Assembly: GCF_009914755.1 (NCBI RefSeq)
Contig: NC_060926.1
Origin: the human T2T-CHM13v2.0 reference genome, Homo sapiens
Length of the DNA: 64,000 nt
Strand: one strand, 5' to 3'
Each line of letters opens with the position of its first letter. Position 1 is the stretch's first letter. The notes under the pieces were generated by a model that did not search any database, was not told where the DNA came from, and worked only from the letters and a program-made list of their open reading frames with translations. Position numbers and translations under genes: made by a program. Shown here in pieces: positions 14,523-32,228 of this stretch.

Positions 14523-16404
14523 TTGAACTTTTTCACTTATTGATTTCTCTCTGTTTGTCAGCTTTTTATTTTATATATCTTTTCTCTTAACTTTAGGAAT
14601 TCATTTCTTCTAATGATACTGGGTTTAATTTGCTTTTCTTTTTTAGCTTTTTTAAGTTGGTAACTTGGTTCATTATTTTTAAATATTAGTCTTTTTCAAA
14701 TAAGAACATGAGCTATAGATTTTCCTCTTAACATTATTATACCTACAACCTACAAACTCTCATATGTTGTCTTTTTATTTTCAGTTCAAGATATTTTCCT
14801 AATTTTCTTTCACATTTTTCCTCCTCCAATTTGTCTCTTTTCTCTATCTAATATTGTTCCATATGACATGAAGCTTGGTTTATTCCCATAAGCCCTTTGT
14901 TTTTCTTTCTGGGCTTCAGTTTGGATAGATTACACTGCCTGTCTTTAAGTCTGATTTTTTTTTCAGCACGATTTCATCTGCTAATAGTCCTGTCCAATCA
15001 ATATTTTGGTTTGGCTATTTTATCTTTCAGCTTCATAATTTGTAACAAGTCTTTTTAAATTTTTTTATTCTCTATTTTTCGTTTTCTTTGCCAAGTTGTG
15101 ATGGAATCTTTTTTTCCTTTTAAAATAGTTTCCCCTTCTCTATGGAGACTCCCTATTTGTTCCTTCAATATGTTTATGTTTTTCTTCAAATACTTGAACA
15201 ATTTATACAGTCTTTTTCTATTACTCCTATCATCCTATGACTTCTGGGTCTGTTTCTGTCAACTGAATTTCCTCCTGGTTAAGGGTACTATTTTCTTGCT
15301 TTTTCACGTTTACTAATTTTATTAGATACTGGACATTTTGAATGTTACATTGTTAAGTATAGTTGTCTTTTTTAGAGTGTTGAGTTTTTGTGGGGGCATT
15401 TAGTTTCTTATGAATTCACTTGATATTTTTAGGAATTGTCCTTAAGTTTTGTTAGGATAAGTACAGTGTAGCCTTTATGCTAGGGTCAGTTGTGCTCCTT
15501 TGGGGGTCTCTACCAAATGCCCTATGGGTTCAGTGAAGCCTTGTCACTCTGTCTGATTGGAACTCAAATGCCTCCTGGCCTTTGTGAGCTCCACTGTTCA
15601 GCTCACTAGTAGCTCCACTAGTATTTCTTCCCTGGTCATTCTTTTTTGCTCAGGCTTGTAGAGTCTCTGCATATGTGCAGCTTAATATCTGCCAAAAACT
15701 CAGAGAATCCTCTAAGTAAATATTTAGGCCTTTTGCTGTAGCTCCCTCCTTTTTGGCATTCTGCTCTGTAAATTCCAGCCACTCCAAGGGTCCTGAACTC
15801 CAATATCTGTCTCTCCAATTCAGCAAGACTGCCGTGCTCTATTCGAGCGCACTCTACCTATGCCACAATCCGCAAAGTGCCTTCAGGCAGGTGATTGTAG
15901 GGCTCGCCTAATTTCATTCTCTTTTCTCAAGGATCACAGTCATTTGTCACTTTGGTCCAACATCTGAAAACAGTAATTAATATATTCACCCTGTTTTATA
16001 GTTGTTTGAAATGAAAGAGCTAATCTGATGCTAATTATTCCATCGTGGCTTAAGAGTTTTTAGTTTTTAATCATAAATGTGTTTTAAATTTTATTGAATG
16101 CATTCTTTTTTACCTGTAAAGGTTATCTTGTGACCTTTCTTCAATTTGTTATGGTGATGAATTAATTACTTTAATAACTTTGTTTAACTTTAATAACTTT
16201 TCTAATGATAAAATGTCCTCATATGCCTGGGATAAACCCAACTTGATAATGATTAAAAAAATACTTGCTAGCATTGTTTTGCCAATGTTTTATTTAGGGT
16301 GTTCACATACTTAAGAATGAAATCAGCTTATCTATTTTCTTTCTCATGCTGTTTTTTATTTTGGTATCAAAATTACACTAACCTCTTTTTTTTTGCTTTT
16401 ATTA

Positions 16405-17530
16405 CTACTTTTAATTGACACATAATATTTGTACATACTATGGCACACAATGTGATATTTTTATACATGTATACAATATATAATTATTGAATCAGTATAA
16501 TTAGCATATCTATCACCCCAAGCATTTATCATTTCTTTATGTTGGGAACATTCAACAATAAATTGTTGTAAATTATAGTCCCTCTGCAATGCTATACAGC
16601 ACTAGAACTTATTCCTTCTATCTAGCTGTAATTTTGTGTCTGTTAACCAACCTCTGAGTAACCCACTTTTTCTGCAACCCCCAACCATTCCCAGCCTCTA
16701 GTAACCACTATTCTAATCTCTACTTCTATGATATCGATTTTTTTAGTTTCCACATACAAGTGAGAACATTTGGTATTTGTCTTTCTGTCCCTGGCTTATT
16801 TCACTTACATAATGTTCTCCAGGCTCATCCATGTTGTCACAAATGACAGGATTTCATTCTTTTTTATGGGTGAATAGTATTCTGTTGTATATATATACAC
16901 CACATTTTCTTCTTTTTTGCAACTTTTATTTTAGATTTATAGGTTACATGTGTACGTTTTTTCCCCCCCGGGTATATTGCATGATGCTAAGGTATTGGGC
17001 ACAAATGATCCCACCACCCAGGTACTGTGCATAGTACCCAACTGTTAGTTTTCCAACCCCTGCCCCCCCTTCTAGTAGTCCCCAGTTTCTATTGTTGCCA
17101 TCTTTATGTGCACGAGTACCCAATGTTTAGCTCTCATTTATAAGTGGGAACATGCAGTATTTGGTTTTCTTTTCCTGCGCTAACTGGCTTAGGATAATGG
17201 CCTCCGGCTGCATCCATGTTGCTGCAAATGACATGATTTCATTCTTTTTTATGGCTGTGAAGTATTTCATGGTATACATACACCGTATTTTCTTTATCCA
17301 GTCGACTGTTGATGGGCACCTAGGTTGATTCCATGTCTTTGCTATTATGAACAGAACTGCGATGAACATGTGAGTGCATGTGTCTTTTTGGCAGAATGAT
17401 TTGTTTTCTTTTGGCTACATACCCATTAATAGGATTGCTGAGTTGAATATACCACATTTTCTTTATCCATTCATCTGTTGATGTACACAGTTGATTCCAT
17501 GTCTTGGCCATTGTGAATAGTGCTATGCTA
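16405..17530 (-). mobile_element. L1MA 3' end interrupted by a younger L1PA/PB 3' fragment (about 16912-17447)
   Basis: ORF2 C-terminal peptides (minus ORFs 17127-17369 and 17320-17511). ACCACATTTTCTT is duplicated at 16899-16911 and 17451-17463 around the inner element. Confidence 0.85.
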
Positions 17531-17552
17531 ATATTTTATAAGATACAGGGAA

Positions 17553-18041
17553 TGTGTTAGTTTCCTATTGCTTCTGTAGTAATTTACCACAAACTTAATG
17601 CCTTAAAGCAACACAGATTAATTATCTTGTAGTTCTCATAGTCAGAAGTACAAAATTAATTTCACTGGCTGAGATTAAGGTGTCATCAGTGCTGTGTTCA
17701 TTCCAGAGGCTCTCAGAGAGAATCTGTTTCTGTTGCCTTTTTTATCTTCTAGATGCTGTCTGCATTCCTTGGTTCATGGTCCCCTTCCAGACAGCAATCG
17801 CATGACTCAGAGCTCTGTTTCTGTGGTCACATCCCCTTCTCTCTGACTCTCCTACTTTCCCTTTACTTAGAAAGACATGTGTGATTACACTGGATCCACC
17901 TAAATAATTCAGGATAATTATCCTGGATATCACCCAGGATAACTTAATTATATCTGTGAAGTCCTTTTGCTAAGGCAGATATTCACAGGTTCCAGGAATT
18001 AGGATGTAGATATCTTTGCAAGGCCATTATTCTGTCCAGCA
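17553..18041 (-). mobile_element. MLT1 (MLT1D-like) LTR
   Basis: TGTGTTAGTTTCCTATTGCT...TACCACAAACTTAATGCCTTAAAGCAACAC is the reverse complement of the MLT1 3' end. Confidence 0.85.
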
Positions 18042-18431
18042 TAAAAGGGGAGAGCATTTCTCAATTTTCTTCTTTTTAGATCTTACGTAAGATTAGAATT
18101 ATCTGTTCTTTGACTATCTAACAAAACTTACCTGTAACACTGTATGTGACATTTTTGTGGGTGAATTTAAAAAAGAAACCAGACAAAGTATAAGCATGTG
18201 TATATTTTAAAACAACCAAACAATATTATTATTAAGGATGTGATGATTACTTTGCAGTATTTTTTGACCATAAGATATATCCCTCTACCGTCAAAATACG
18301 ATGCTTTAAATAGCTTTAAATAACTTTTCTCTTTTTAAGAACATATATATATATTCAAATTAAAGTTGTTATGGTTATGACTGAGGTAGATATGCTATCG
18401 AGGGCTTCCTCTATATTGCAGCTTTTCAAAC

Positions 18432-18512
18432 TTTTTTTTTTTCCCAGACAGGGTCTCACTCATACTGTCACCCAGGCTGGAGTGCAGTGGCACAATCTCA
18501 GCTTACTGCAAC
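18432..18512 (-). mobile_element. 5'-truncated Alu (right-arm 3' end)
   Basis: Poly(T) followed by AGACAGGGTCTCACTC...CCAGGCTGGAGTGCAGTGGCACAATCTCAGCTTACTGCAA. Confidence 0.85.
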
Positions 18513-18519
18513 TTGTGCC

Positions 18520-19700
18520 AACCATTTTTGTGATATAAATTGCTAATGTTTTTCCAGATTTATCATTTGTCATTGACTTTGCTTGTGATGTATGTTTTTA
18601 GTGGATTTTTTATTAGTTATTTTACTTTGTCATGCGAAGCATTTTTACCTTTTATCTATATGTAATCAAATTTATTAGTCTTTTCCCCTTGTTGATGCTT
18701 GTTTTCAAATCATACTTAGAAAGAGTTTTCTCCTTTTCCAAGCTATAAAAGCATTTATGCATATTTTATTCTAGTACTTTTACGGTTTTATTGTTTAGAC
18801 AAATCTCTGACCCATTTGGAATTTATTCTAGCTTCAGTGTGAAAAATTGATCCAATTTTACCTTTTTCAGTTTAGTTATCACAACTCCTCTTATTTAAAA
18901 TTTTATCTTTTTTCACTAATTTTACATGTTTTTTGTCATATACTAATTTTTATATGTATTTGAGTCTATTATTGGGTTTTCTATCTGTTCATTGATGTGC
19001 CTATCTACTCATGAGCCACCACCTCACAATGTTAAGCACAGGATCATTCCAATCTACTGTAATGTTATGCATGTATTATATTTAGTAGGGATACCCCTCC
19101 CCCATCATAGCCTTTCATTCTGAATGTTTTTCTGGCTGTTCTTTCTTCTTATTCCAAATGTACATTATAATCAACTGGAAGCAGCTCCAGACAAAAAATA
19201 CTCATGGTATCAGTAATTTTATGTGAACTGTACTGAATTTATAAAATTAAAGAAAAATTTACATTTTCTGATGTTGAATCTTCCTATCCAAAAACATGAC
19301 ATGTTTTTCTATTTGCTTATGTCTATATTTTGATCCCTAAGAAAAATGTTATAGTTTTTCTCATGTGTGGTTTGGATATTTCTTGTTATCTATGCTTATC
19401 ATTGTTTTTGTTTTATTTTCCTTTGCTATTGCAAAATGGAATCCTCTTTCTCATTGTATCCTCTAACTGGTTGTTTATATATATGAAGGTTATCAATTTA
19501 TGATTGTTGGTTTTCATAATTTGTTACTTTACTAAATTCTTTTATTGTTTGTAATAGTTTTTCCATTGATTCTTTTGAGTTTTCTAGAGAGAGAATCATA
19601 TTGTCAACAAATAGTTTTACCTCAACCTTTCTAATTCTTATGCCATTAATAGCTTTGCTTGTCTCATTGAATTGTTTATACACATTCTTTAATTTTATTC
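18520..19700 (-). mobile_element. old L1M ORF2 fragment
   Basis: Minus ORF 19498-19683 (GIRIRKVEVKLFVDNMILSLENSKES) is degenerate L1 RT (F-A-D-D region). Confidence 0.75.
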
Positions 19701-20666
19701 TTTTCCTTTACCTATGATTGCTGAGTTGAATGATTTGTCCAATGAGTTTTCAAATAAGGTTATAGATTTTGATTACAAATATCTATCTTTATTTCAATTA
19801 GATAGAATACAGACCTGATTTTATTATATCAACACTTTTATGCCTATATTTTCTCTCATTTTAAAAAAATAATAAGTGCAAAATTGGTAAACTATGCCAG
19901 CAAAACCACGATCACTGCTAAGTAGACAAAGAGCAAATATAGTTAAAATGCTAGTATTGGACAGCAGACAGTACCCCCATGAGGTGATCTCTTATGTGAT
20001 CTTGTAGCAAAGGCAGACTAGCAAGTAGGAAATGACTCTAAGAATATTAAAAATAATGCAGATAAGTCCAAGTGTTGCAAGAGTTAGAATTTTCACAAGT
20101 TGAAGAATAACTGCATTTTCTTTTACACCTGAAAGGTTTCTGGGGCAATCCTCTCCATTAAGATATAAACAGATTATCACAAACTACTAGTGTGGATAAT
20201 CACATCTTTTTTCTATTAAATGATTCACATGTAGTACTAGTGCATCCTCTCTCTCTAAGCCTTCTTCTATTTCTTCTTTCTACTAGAAGACAGAGGATAG
20301 GGCAGCAAAAATATGCTATCCCCTCAAAATATCAATTATACTACTAACTAACTGCTTCTAATTCTTTAGCTGGACTCACTTTCTTTCGCTATCTACCAGT
20401 AACAGTCAAGGTAAGATTTCCCATTAGCTTTCAGTTCTGCTACCTAAGCAGAGATGCTTGAAAACTATTGTTTTATTGTGAAGTAAAGTATACCAATAGT
20501 GAGAAATACAGTGAGAACGTCATGTCTATTATTCTGTAATTTCATCATCCAAATACAAATATTAACATTTAACATATATTTTCCTATTTTAAAAATATAC
20601 TGTTTTGCAATGGTGGATTTGCTACCAGAAAGGGGTCCTGATCCAGACCCGAAGAGAGGGTTCTTA

Positions 20667-21155
<489 letters not shown>

Positions 21156-21247
21156 CTACTCCATAGACAGAGCAGCAACATGGGCTGAATATACTTAGCG
21201 TTATTTCCTAATTAAATGCTAAACAAGGGATGGATTATTCCTCAGTT

Positions 21248-21277
21248 TTCCAGGAAAGGGGTAGGGAGTTCCCAGAA
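21248..21277. promoter_or_regulatory. tandem GAS (STAT) motifs within MER41
   Basis: TTCCAGGAA at 21248-21256 and TTCCCAGAA at 21269-21277. A third, TTCTGGGAA, lies at 21559-21567. Motif presence only, activity unknown. Confidence 0.55.
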
Positions 21278-21914
21278 CTGAGGGGTTCCTCCCCTTTTCA
21301 GACCATATAGGATAACTTCTGACGTTGCCGTGGCATTAAACTGTCAATGGTGCTGACGGGAGTGACTTCAGCATGCTAATGGGTTATAACGAGCAATGAG
21401 GACAACTAGAGTTTGCTTTAGTTGCCATCCTGGTTCTGGTGGGCTTTGCCAGCTTCTTTAGCATATTCCATTTTATCAGCAAGGCCTTTGTGACCTGTAT
21501 CTTGTGAAACTAGTCCTGCCAACCTCCTGTCTTATCTGGTGACTAAGAAAGCCTAACCTTCTGGGAATGAAGCTCAGCAGGTCTCATCCTCATTTTACCC
21601 AGCCCCTATTCAAGATGGAGTCACTCTGGTTCTAACATTTCTGACAGATACACAGGATATACATTTGTCAAATCCATAGAATGTATAACGCTAAAAGTGC
21701 ATCCTAATGCAAGCTATGGATTTGGGTTGATAATTGTGCATCAATGTAGGTTCCTGTGTTGTAAGAAATGTACCACTGCTGTGTGGGATGTTGATAGTGG
21801 TGTTGGCTGTAAGTTGGAGAGCAAGAGATATAAGGGAAATCTCTGTCCTTTCTGCTCAATTTTGCTGTGAACCTAAAATTGGTCTAAAAAATAAAGTCTA
21901 TTAAATTAAAATTA

Positions 21915-22418
21915 CTGTCGACCGTGGAACAACACAGGTTTGAATTGTGAGGGTCCACTTATATGCTGAGATTTTTCAGTAACAGTTACATCAAGTATGC
22001 CTGCCTTTCCTGCCTCCCCTTTCACCTCTTCCACCTCTTCTGCCTCTGCCACCCCTGAGACAGCAAGACCAACCCTTCTTGTCCTCCTTCTCCACAGCCT
22101 ACTCAACGTGAAGACAATGAGGATGAAGGCTTTTATGATGACCCACTTCCACTTAGTGAATACTAAATATGTTTTCTCTTCCCTATGATTTTCTTAAGAA
22201 CATTCTCTTTTCTCCAGCTTATTTTATTGTAAGAATACAGTATTTAATATATATAACATACAAATATGTATTAATCGACTCTTTATGTTATCAGTAAGGC
22301 TTCTGGTCAAGAGTAGGCGGTTAATAGTTACATATTGGGGGAGTCAAAGGTTATACACAGGTTTTTGACTGTATGAGGGCTGGTTCCTCTAACCCCAGTG
22401 TTGTTCAAGGGTCAACTG
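21915..22418 (+). mobile_element. Tigger2a (TcMar-Tigger) DNA transposon
   Basis: Terminal inverted repeats CTGTCGACCGTGGAACAACA ... TGTTGTTCAAGGGTCAACTG, TA before the left end. Confidence 0.85.
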
Positions 22419-22527
22419 TGTATATATATATATATATAGTCATATATATATATATATACTCATATATATACTCATATATATATACTCATATATATATACT
22501 CATATATATACACTCATATACATATAT
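22419..22527. repeat. (TA)n / (TATATATACTCA)n repeat
   Basis: Direct reading, adjacent to the Tigger right end. Confidence 0.9.
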
Positions 22528-22592
22528 GAATTATCTGCTATTTTTATTTAAAAATACTATATATTATATGGTATATTTTATTGATATATATA

Positions 22593-22883
<291 letters not shown>

Positions 22884-24952
22884 TAACTTAAATTTTTAAA
22901 TGTTTTATATTGCAATTGACTGTCCTTATAAGTAAATTTATGACTATTTCCTAGTAAAAATCATAGAAATAAAATATTGGCTCAAAAGAAATGCTCATTT
23001 TTAAAACTTTTTTGATACTTATCATCTCTCATAAGGGTATAGTAAACCTTTGATTTGACGTTTGATTGAATGATAACTGGTAGCTTTTTGTGGCGAGGAA
23101 GGGAGTGAAGGTTCCGGGCAGCTGGTTTTCACTGGTGACAGCAGTTGATACTAGAGAGAAAAGGGAAGAGTAAAAATTCCTGTTTTTTTTCAAACTACAC
23201 CCTACCATCTCATCACTCAAAAAGATGTGGCACCTCTCCAAAAGAAAAATCTCCAATGCTACACAGTTGCTGAAATGCCTGTGTTATAAACTTCTCCCCC
23301 ACTGAGACCCACAGCCAATAGGACTTGTTATTCTATAAGAGAGGATATATTGAAAAAGAAGGCAAGTATGTTCACTTCTGTATGGCAGAAAATTAGACTA
23401 ATGAATTTCAAAATTTCAGAATGAGGGTCTAATAAATTAGCAGGGGCTTAGTTATCTGTGAACCTGCACGGAGCAGTGGGAGAAGCTGGGCTTTCATCAG
23501 ACGGAGCCTGGGCTCACTGGACTTGACTCTGACACCCACTGTTTTCTTGTTCTTGGCCACTGGACTCTCCTGAGTCTCAGTGACATCTTCCATTCTAATT
23601 GGTTTGTGAGACACGGTGAATATGTGTGTCCAGTGCCTAGTACAATGTCTGGCACATAGTATATGCTCACTAAATATGTGATCCCTCCTCATTTTGTAAC
23701 AGAATGCCCCAATAACAGAGACTAACTGAGGTATCATGTTCTTTTTCACAGTAAACTCCATTGTAGTTCCCTACATATTAAAATCCTACTTCAGAACAGC
23801 CTGTCCACAGAGATGACAATGGGCAGCCTGGTCAATCCCTCCCCCACATCTGCCACCAAATCTCTGTTGCTACTCCTATGGGAACCTCCTCCCTGCCCCA
23901 ACGAATGCTCCCATTGCAAAGGGCACTACAGACATGCCACCTTTTAGCTGTCTCCCAGCACTACCATCCACCAAACCTTCTGCCAGTCAATATTGCCAGA
24001 GGCCCCTACCTCCCTCTGGTACTACTCCACCCCATGCCCTCTAAAAGTTGCTCCATCTAGAAGCCTTGTTCCCTTGTCTCTGGGCTGGGACTGGATATCT
24101 TCTGGCATTTTTAGTTAGAGCTGGAGCAATTTCCCACAGTCATCTACCCACAAATGGTGGGGAGGTTGAGCTCACTGATCTTTGAGCTCCTTTGTGATAA
24201 GCAAGTTGATACAGTAGGAAGAAATCTTGACTATGAACTCAGGATGCCTGATTTCTAGTTTCCATCCTGCCACAGTCTAGCTGGGGCCTTAGGCCTAGTC
24301 ATTTCACTTCTCTGTGCCTCAGTTTCTGAACATGCAAAAAGAAGAGGTCAGACTAATAATCCTCCTGGTTGAGCATTCATCTTGTTCCAGATCCTATGCT
24401 GATCTTTTTACACACGATGGGGACAAAATAGTGGCATGTGTACATTCACAGTCTCAACCCTAGGGTTTTCTAGGGGTACAGAAATACTAATGCATCAAAA
24501 CCCTTAGCTCTCAGCTCTCGGGGTGACCCAGCAAAGCCTCAATTACTTTCTCATGCAAGACCCAGATTTCTTTAACATAACATGGTGTGGTGATGGCAGC
24601 AAGAAGCAGTTCAGCTTTTACACATTACCCACCATCATCTCATGGAATCCTCATGACAAGTCTGTGAGGTTGGTATTGTTCTGTTTTACATATAAGGAGA
24701 ATGAGGCCCAGAGAGATTGAATAAGATACAAGGTTACCTAGTTAGTAAATGTGATCTGATTTCAGAATCTGTTTCTAAATTACTATGCTTTCTGCCTTAG
24801 TGTACTGTTCGTGATCATCTCTAAGCTCTCTTCCATCTTTATGATTTTAAACAGGCTTTTGTGGACTAGCCTGGGAAATTTTCTACTGTCGTCTTGATGA
24901 GAGAGCATGTTTAGATGTGCTAACAATTGACTTTCAAATAAAAAGCTTTAAA

Positions 24953-25265
<313 letters not shown>

Positions 25266-25362
25266 CAAAAAGCTTTCTTAATAATAATAACAATAATGCA
25301 ATCCCATTAAATATCACCTATGTGTGTATCTGGTGTAAAAAACAGCAAATCAAGTCTTTGTC

Positions 25363-25660
25363 TTTTTTTTTTTTTTTTTTAAGACAGGGTCTTGCTCTGT
25401 CACCCAAGCAGAAGTGCAGTGCTGCATTCTTGGCTCACTGCAACCTCCCCTTCCCAGCCTCAAGCAATCCTCCCGACTCAGCCTCCTGAGTAGCTAGGAA
25501 CACAGGCGTGTGTCACCATGCCTGGCTAATTTTTAAATTTTTTGTAGAGATGGGGTCTCACTATATTGCCCAGGCTGGTCCTGAATTACTGGACTCAAGC
25601 AATTCTCCCACCTCGGCCTCCCAGAGTGCGATTACAGGTGTAAGCCACTGTGCCTGGCCC
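25363..25660 (-). mobile_element. AluJ
   Basis: Dimer with poly(T), flanks GTCTTTGTC / GTCTTTATC. Confidence 0.92.
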
Positions 25661-27090
25661 GTCTTTATCATTATAGCTGCACTCTCAGCCTCAGTTCTGG
25701 TCTCCTGCCCTTTTCACTTCTCACTCTCAACAATATTCAGTCACTTGACCACTCTGGCCTCACCATGTCTCATAACCCTCCCTGCAAGCCCAGCCCACTG
25801 CACAGATGTTATCAATCATCAAATTTAGTAGTTTTTCTTTAAAAATCCCTCAAAACCTGTTTCTTCCTTCAAAATTTTACTGCCACTCCTCAGACAGGCC
25901 GGTCTACCTCACATGTACCCCACAGCAGCATCTTAAGTCCTTCTCTCTCCTTCCAGCTGGCCAGAGTCTGATTCAGTCACATCACATGGGACAGCAAGAA
26001 CCAGGTCAGGAGCAAGAGACGGGTTTCCAGGGACCTGAAGTCCTAGGAACCCCCATAAATGTGAGGAGAGATATTAGGCTGTATGCAGGCTTTTGACTGT
26101 ATGAGGGTTGGTTCCTCCTTGCAAAAGGCAAGAAGTCCAGGATGTCAATGATGCAAGCAACCTTATCACCTTGACCATGGACAAAGGGAGTTTTCCAGGG
26201 CCATTGAAACTGCAGGACAGCTTCAGAAACTGAGAAAACGATGCTATGCCCTTTCCAGAGTGCAGAGAGAAATGTGCTGGGAGGGTCAAGTTGCTCTTTT
26301 CTAAGTCTGATATTGTTAGAGAAGATAGCTAGGCAGACATGAGTAGGGCAGGAGAGGGCTTCCCCTCCAGGAATGTGAGACAACTATCAGGTGATGGTCA
26401 GATGGTTATCAAACTGTCTCTCTAAAATGATAATTCATTGCAGCTGGTGCCAGGGAACGGCTGTCTCCCAGAAGACAGAAAATACCTAAGGCTGGTGATC
26501 AGCATCTTCCCAATAAGATCTCAGGAGTTGGGTGAGCAGGCTTAAGCACGTGCACTAGAGGCAAAATAGAAGAGTTTAACTGTTATATGACCTTCCTCTA
26601 GCAATACTCGATTGTTAAGGGAAAAATGCCTCAAACGAGCATGCACACAACTTCAGTAAACACACCACCGCCTGCAGCCCCTTCCAAGTGCTGGCAGGCC
26701 ACTGCACATGCAAAGAGCCTGCCCCAAGGAAAAATCAAGGGAGGAGAGATGCAAACCCTGGAAGCATGCCAATGATAAAACTCCAAATCAAGGGTCAGAC
26801 GGGGCACTTGCATCTCTCAAGTCACACGATTGGCCTTCTTCCAAGTGTACTTTACTTCCTTTTGTTCCTGCTCCAAAACTTTTTTTTTTTAATACTTTAA
26901 GTTCTAGGGTACATGTGCACAATGTGTGGTTTGCTACATATGTATACATGTGCCATATTGGTTTGCTGCACCTATTAACTCATAATTTACATTAGATATT
27001 TCTCCTAATGCTATCCCTTCCCCATCCCCTGACCCACGACAGGCCCCAGTGTGTGATGTTCCCCGCCCTGTGTCCAAGTGTTCTCATTGT

Positions 27091-31132
<4,042 letters not shown>

Positions 31133-31192
31133 GATGTTAGCTGGTTATTTTGCCTGTTAGCTGATGCAGTTTCTTCCTAGCATTGATGGTCT

Positions 31193-32228
31193 TTACAATT
31201 TGGCATGTTTTTGCAGTGGCTGGTACCAGTTGTTCCTTTCCACGTTTAGGGCTTCCTTCAGAAGCTCTTGTAAGGCAGGCCTGGTGATGACAAAATCTCT
31301 CAGCATTTGCTGGTCTGTAAAGGATTTTATTTTTCCTTCACTTATGAAGCTTAGTTTGGCTGGATATGAAATTCTGGGTTGAAAATTCTTTTCTTTAAGA
31401 ATGTTGAATATTGGCCCCCACTCTCTTCTGGCTTGTAGAGTTTCTGCCAAGAGATCCGCTGTTAGTCTGATGGGCTTCCCTTTGTGGGTGACCCAACCTT
31501 TCTCTCTGGCTGCCCTTAACATTTTTTCCTTCATTTCAACCTTGGTGAATCTGACAATTATGTGTCTTGGGGTTGCTCTTCTCGAGGAGTATCTTTGTGA
31601 TGTCCTCTGTATTTCCTGAATTTGAATGTTGGCCTGCCTTGCTAGATTGGGGAAATTCTCCTAGATAATATCCTGAAGAGTGTTTTCCAGCTTGGTTCCA
31701 TTCTCCCCGTCACTTTCAGGTACACCAATCAAGCGTAGATTTGGTCTTTTCACATAGTCCCTTGGAGTCACGTAGTTTCTTGGAGGCTTTGTTTGTTTCT
31801 TTTTACTCTTTTTTCTCTAAACTTCTCTTCTCGCTTCATTTCATTAATTTGATCTTCAATCACTGATACCCTTTCTTCCACTTGATTGAATCAGCTACTG
31901 AAGCTTGTGCATGTGTCATGTAGTTCTCCTGCCATGGTTTTCAGCACCATCAGGTCATTTAAGGTCTTCTCTACACTGTTTATTCTAGTTAGCCATTCGT
32001 CTAATCTTTTTTCAAGGTTTTTAGCTTCCTTGCGATGGGTTCGAACATCCTCCTTTAGCTCAGGGAAATTTGTTATTACCGACTTTCTGAAGACTACTTC
32101 TGTCAACTTGTCAAAGTCATTCTCTGTCCAGCTTTGTTCCATTGCTGGCGAGGAGCTGTGATCCTTTGGAGGAGAAGAGGCACTCAGTTTTTAGAATTTT
32201 CAGCTTTTCTGCTCTGGTTTCTTCCCAT
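31193..32228 (-). pseudogene. L1 ORF1, disrupted
   Basis: ATGGGAAGAAACCAG at 32228. Fragments MEQSWTENDFDKL and REKG..PIRLTADL..ARREW..YPAKLSF..HAKL*. Confidence 0.95.
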
